From NCBI GenBank assembly GCA_045593985.1, contig JAZNXR010000107.1:1-55230 (forward strand): a stretch of 55,230 bases of DNA, given 5' to 3'. Shown here piece after piece: positions 52,664 to 55,230 of this stretch (positions are counted from its first letter, which is position 1; every line of letters starts with the position of its first letter). Below the pieces are notes generated by a model. That model was not told where the DNA came from and searched no databases. It saw only the letters and a list, made by a program, of their open reading frames with translations. This DNA is from Eubacteriales bacterium (lineage in GTDB: Bacteria > Bacillota > Clostridia > Oscillospirales > CAG-272). The position numbers and the translations under genes were made by a program.

Positions 52664-53702
52664 TTGCCTGATCCTCCGTTTCCTCCGACTGTAAAAACAA
52701 CGGAAGCGATGCCGTTACCGCAACCGAAATGATCAATGCGCAGATAAAAAGCATTGTAACACGCTGAAAATCAATGAGGTGAGTAATGATCTCTCCGAAA
52801 TACGCCATTGCCGACATGATAGCAAACGAGAATCCGGGATGCTTGGGCATCATTCGTGTTACGCTTGTTACGATAGGTGTAAGCGACATCGAAAGAAGAA
52901 AAAGCCCAAGGAGCGAAAGCCATTTTGTATCGGAGCAGAAATAGATAAGCAGAGTTCCGCTTGAAGCGGCTGCGGTGACTGTTGTTGCACGGCCGATAAG
53001 GTCGCAGGCAAAGCCTCCTGCACACTGACCGAGACCTATTAAAAGAAGGAGCTGAAACTGCGTTTTAAGTCCGACGTTCCAGGAAAAGGTGAACGAGGAA
53101 AACTCATAGGAAATGAGTATATAGGAAAAGCAGAGGAAAAGGAAGGGGAGAAGCGAAAAGGACGGTTTTTCTGTGGCTTCTTCGCCTTGCTCCTCGTCTT
53201 GATATTCGTCTCTCGGAATGGCTAAAATCATAAGAAGCGGCGCAGCTACGTGTCCTGCGAAGCCCGTATAGGAGGCGAAAGCGATGCCAAGCGCCTGACC
53301 GCCTATAAGCAAGCCGATATTGCGGCTTTTTCCCTTTGAGCGTGACAGTATTGACGAGGCTGCGAAGGAATAGAATATTGCGCTTCCAAGCCCGAGAAGC
53401 GTTACCTTTAAATCGATGCCGAACGTGACCGGCATAAAGAAGCCGAGAACGGTAAGAAGCACAGAAAGGCGCACGCCTGTGTGCTTGATTTTAACCTTGT
53501 CGGCAAAGACGGAAAGCAAGCTCATCATGCCGACCGAAATGACGTTAAAAAGCACTATAAGCATTGAGCGCCTGTCATAGCTTATATAATCCTTCAGGCA
53601 AGAAAATATTACGGAGTGACAAACGGAGGATAGACAGAGGCTCATAAGAGCGTAGCGTATTGAAACCGAAGCGTTTGATTTCTTTGGCGTGTATGCTTTC
53701 AT
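52650..53702 (-). CDS. Polytopic transporter-like membrane protein (MFS-like)
   Basis: 350 aa with about 10-12 hydrophobic segments split by an acidic loop (DEYQDEEQGEE). Family not verified. Confidence 0.6.
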   Translation of the reverse strand: MKAYTPKKSNASVSIRYALMSLCLSSVCHSVIFSCLKDYISYDRRSMLIVLFNVISVGMMSLLSVFADKVKIKHTGVRLSVLLTVLGFFMPVTFGIDLKVTLLGLGSAIFYSFAASSILSRSKGKSRNIGLLIGGQALGIAFASYTGFAGHVAAPLLMILAIPRDEYQDEEQGEEATEKPSFSLLPFLFLCFSYILISYEFSSFTFSWNVGLKTQFQLLLLIGLGQCAGGFACDLIGRATTVTAAASSGTLLIYFCSDTKWLSLLGLFLLSMSLTPIVTSVTRMMPKHPGFSFAIMSAMAYFGEIITHLIDFQRVTMLFICALIISVAVTASLPLFLQSEETEDQANENI

Positions 53703-53729
53703 GTCTGCCTCCTTGTTTTTTGAAATTAT

Positions 53730-54827
53730 TTATCCGTTGAGATTTGATTGCACGCTTTTTATATACTTGTGCAATTCGAGAAGCTCCTTGCGAGTCGTTA
53801 CGCCGAGCTTTCCGTAGAGATTTCGGTTGTGGTATTTCAAGGTCGATTCCTTGATGTTCATACTTGCCATAATTTCCTTTGAGGTAACTCTGGCGATGTG
53901 CGCATCGAAGATTGCTTTTTCGGTAGGCGTAAGCGCCTTTAGTCCTGTAATAAATGCCTCAATGCGTTCGGGGGAGAACGAACCGTTTTCAACCGGCTTT
54001 TCGAGCATTTTCTCGGTAGACAGGTCGGATTCGGGATAATCCCGTGCGCCCTCAACACGCTTGACTATCTCACGCAGGCGCTGATTTTCGTTTATAACAA
54101 GACGCACGCCGATGAGAAACAGCTCGCTTATGATGTACGAAACCGAGAGCATTTCGAAATCCATGTCGGATATCTGCTCAATAAACCAGACGCCGATGTT
54201 TACGAATACCGCACATCCGAGAATTACCGAGTGAGCAACGCTTTCGACAGTCTTTTTGACCGATGCGCGGATTATTACCGTTACCGTTGCGATGAAATAC
54301 GATATGAGGTAAACAAGATAAAGCGGATGAAGAACGCCGTATACCTTGACAAGCCGCGATGCACCGTCAACGGTTTCAAACGCTACTTCCTTGTAGTAGA
54401 TCGGCAAAATACCCGGGCTTGCGGCGATGAGGAAGATAATGACCGAAATTACGATCAATATTCGAGGAAGAAGCTTGCTGTATTTGGTATTAGTCACGTC
54501 GAGAATTATCATCAGCATCGAAAGCGGCAAAAATACCGAACCGAGATAAGAAATTCGGTTTGCCCAAAGTGCGGCGTCAAGAGATGGCGAAATAGAGAGA
54601 AGCGTGTATCCGATATTTACGATGAGAACGGAGGAAAAAAGCATTACTACCCAGAATCTCTTTTTGCGCACGGCAAAAATACTGCCGATAAGGAGAAGCA
54701 GGGAGATTATGGCACAAGCTCCGTAAACAACTGAAAAGCTTGCGCTTTTGCCGCCAAGTGACGTACAGCCGGTCAGATTCAGCATAGTTAGCGCAATGAT
54801 GCAGACTATCGCTAAAAGCTTCTTCAT
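53730..54827 (-). CDS. Membrane-bound one-component regulator: multi-TM sensor region fused to a LuxR-type HTH
   Basis: About 7 TM segments. C-terminus LTPTEKAIFDAHIARVTSKEIMASMNIKESTLKYHNRNLYGKLGV (LuxR/FixJ HTH). AGGAGG lies 5 nt upstream of the ATG at 54827. Confidence 0.8.
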   Translation of the reverse strand: MKKLLAIVCIIALTMLNLTGCTSLGGKSASFSVVYGACAIISLLLLIGSIFAVRKKRFWVVMLFSSVLIVNIGYTLLSISPSLDAALWANRISYLGSVFLPLSMLMIILDVTNTKYSKLLPRILIVISVIIFLIAASPGILPIYYKEVAFETVDGASRLVKVYGVLHPLYLVYLISYFIATVTVIIRASVKKTVESVAHSVILGCAVFVNIGVWFIEQISDMDFEMLSVSYIISELFLIGVRLVINENQRLREIVKRVEGARDYPESDLSTEKMLEKPVENGSFSPERIEAFITGLKALTPTEKAIFDAHIARVTSKEIMASMNIKESTLKYHNRNLYGKLGVTTRKELLELHKYIKSVQSNLNG

Positions 54828-54956
54828 ATATCCTCCTTTCCGACCTCGGTCATAAATAAATTCGAAAAAATGTATTAATCCCATACCAAAAGTATGGGGA
54901 CAAACGCGAAAATTGCGTTTATAATTATAGTATCATATAACCTTGATACGTTATCG

Positions 54957-54982
54957 GGTATAATAAGTGTCTTTATTATACC
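54957..54982. promoter_or_regulatory. Perfect 10+10 bp palindrome in a divergent promoter region
   Basis: GGTATAATAA-gtgtct-TTATTATACC. It contains TATAAT on both strands. Confidence 0.5.
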
Positions 54983-55060
54983 ATAGTAAACGGTTTTTTT
55001 CAATAGCGTATTTGAGTTAGCTGTTATTCATCAAGAAACTGACCGAAAGGAAAAACGAAG

Positions 55061-55230
55061 ATGAAAAGAAGAAGATTTGTAAAAAAGCTGATGGGCATCG
55101 TTCTCGTTCTTGTATTGATGCTTCAGATCATCCCCGCCACTCATACGGCACATGCCGCTTGGGAAGACGGCATGGAGTGCTGGTTTTGCAACCATTACCA
55201 CTGGGATGAGTATTGCTGCGGTACTTGCGG
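55061..55230 (+). CDS. Secreted Cys-rich protein, 3' end outside the window (absent from the ORF track)
   Basis: My own translation: MKRRRFVKKLMGIVLVLVLMLQIIPATHTAHAAWEDGMECWFCNHYHWDEYCCGTCG. It has a signal peptide and an AAAGGA SD-like element upstream, and is open to the window end. Confidence 0.6.
   Translation, partial: MKRRRFVKKLMGIVLVLVLMLQIIPATHTAHAAWEDGMECWFCNHYHWDEYCCGTC

Overview
This is a 55.2-kb chromosomal segment from a spore-forming Firmicute. Gene content (spoIIP, gpr, DUF4364, dprA-topA-trmFO synteny) and CTT-rich Leu codon use suggest Clostridia, possibly Oscillospiraceae/Ruminococcaceae-like, but the taxon cannot be proven from the sequence. I call about 50 CDS, mostly on the + strand. 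I recognised no rRNA, tRNA, CRISPR array, integrase, transposase or phage genes.

Ordinary content:
- Housekeeping: dxs (5' partial), infC-rpmI-rplT with a leader, a TrmH-family methyltransferase, dprA-topA-trmFO, plsX-rnc plus an Elp3-like radical SAM gene, and a DUF1846 protein.
- Sporulation: gpr-spoIIP.
- Catabolism: a DeoR-regulated GlpA-like/FAD oxidoreductase/DUF1667 trio and an AraC-regulated rhaBAD operon.

Less ordinary content:
1. A promoter-to-terminator array of 8 ORFs (2935-11614). A dlt-like module (adenylase, carrier protein, MBOAT, SGNH/DltD-like) runs straight into an AsnB-type amidotransferase, a transglutaminase-core lipoprotein and two unknown proteins.
2. A terminator-insulated four-gene cassette (25103-27758) encoding an HprK-like P-loop kinase, a PqqD/RRE protein, an S24/S26 peptidase with no membrane anchor, and a large nucleotidyltransferase-family protein. 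No substrate peptide, cyclase or exporter is visible. This is my top candidate for an uncharacterised system.
3. A MoxR / DUF58 / transglutaminase membrane-protein triad, with mini-RNase III and a GH2 enzyme appended.
4. Three intergenic loci carrying GC-rich multi-hairpin mosaic repeats. One pair of units shows a compensatory stem change.
5. A 63-aa Cys-rich membrane ORF translationally coupled to spoIIP.
6. A 7TM-LuxR one-component regulator locus with a perfect 10+10 bp palindrome in its divergent promoter region.

All family assignments come from motif recognition by eye. No database search was run.
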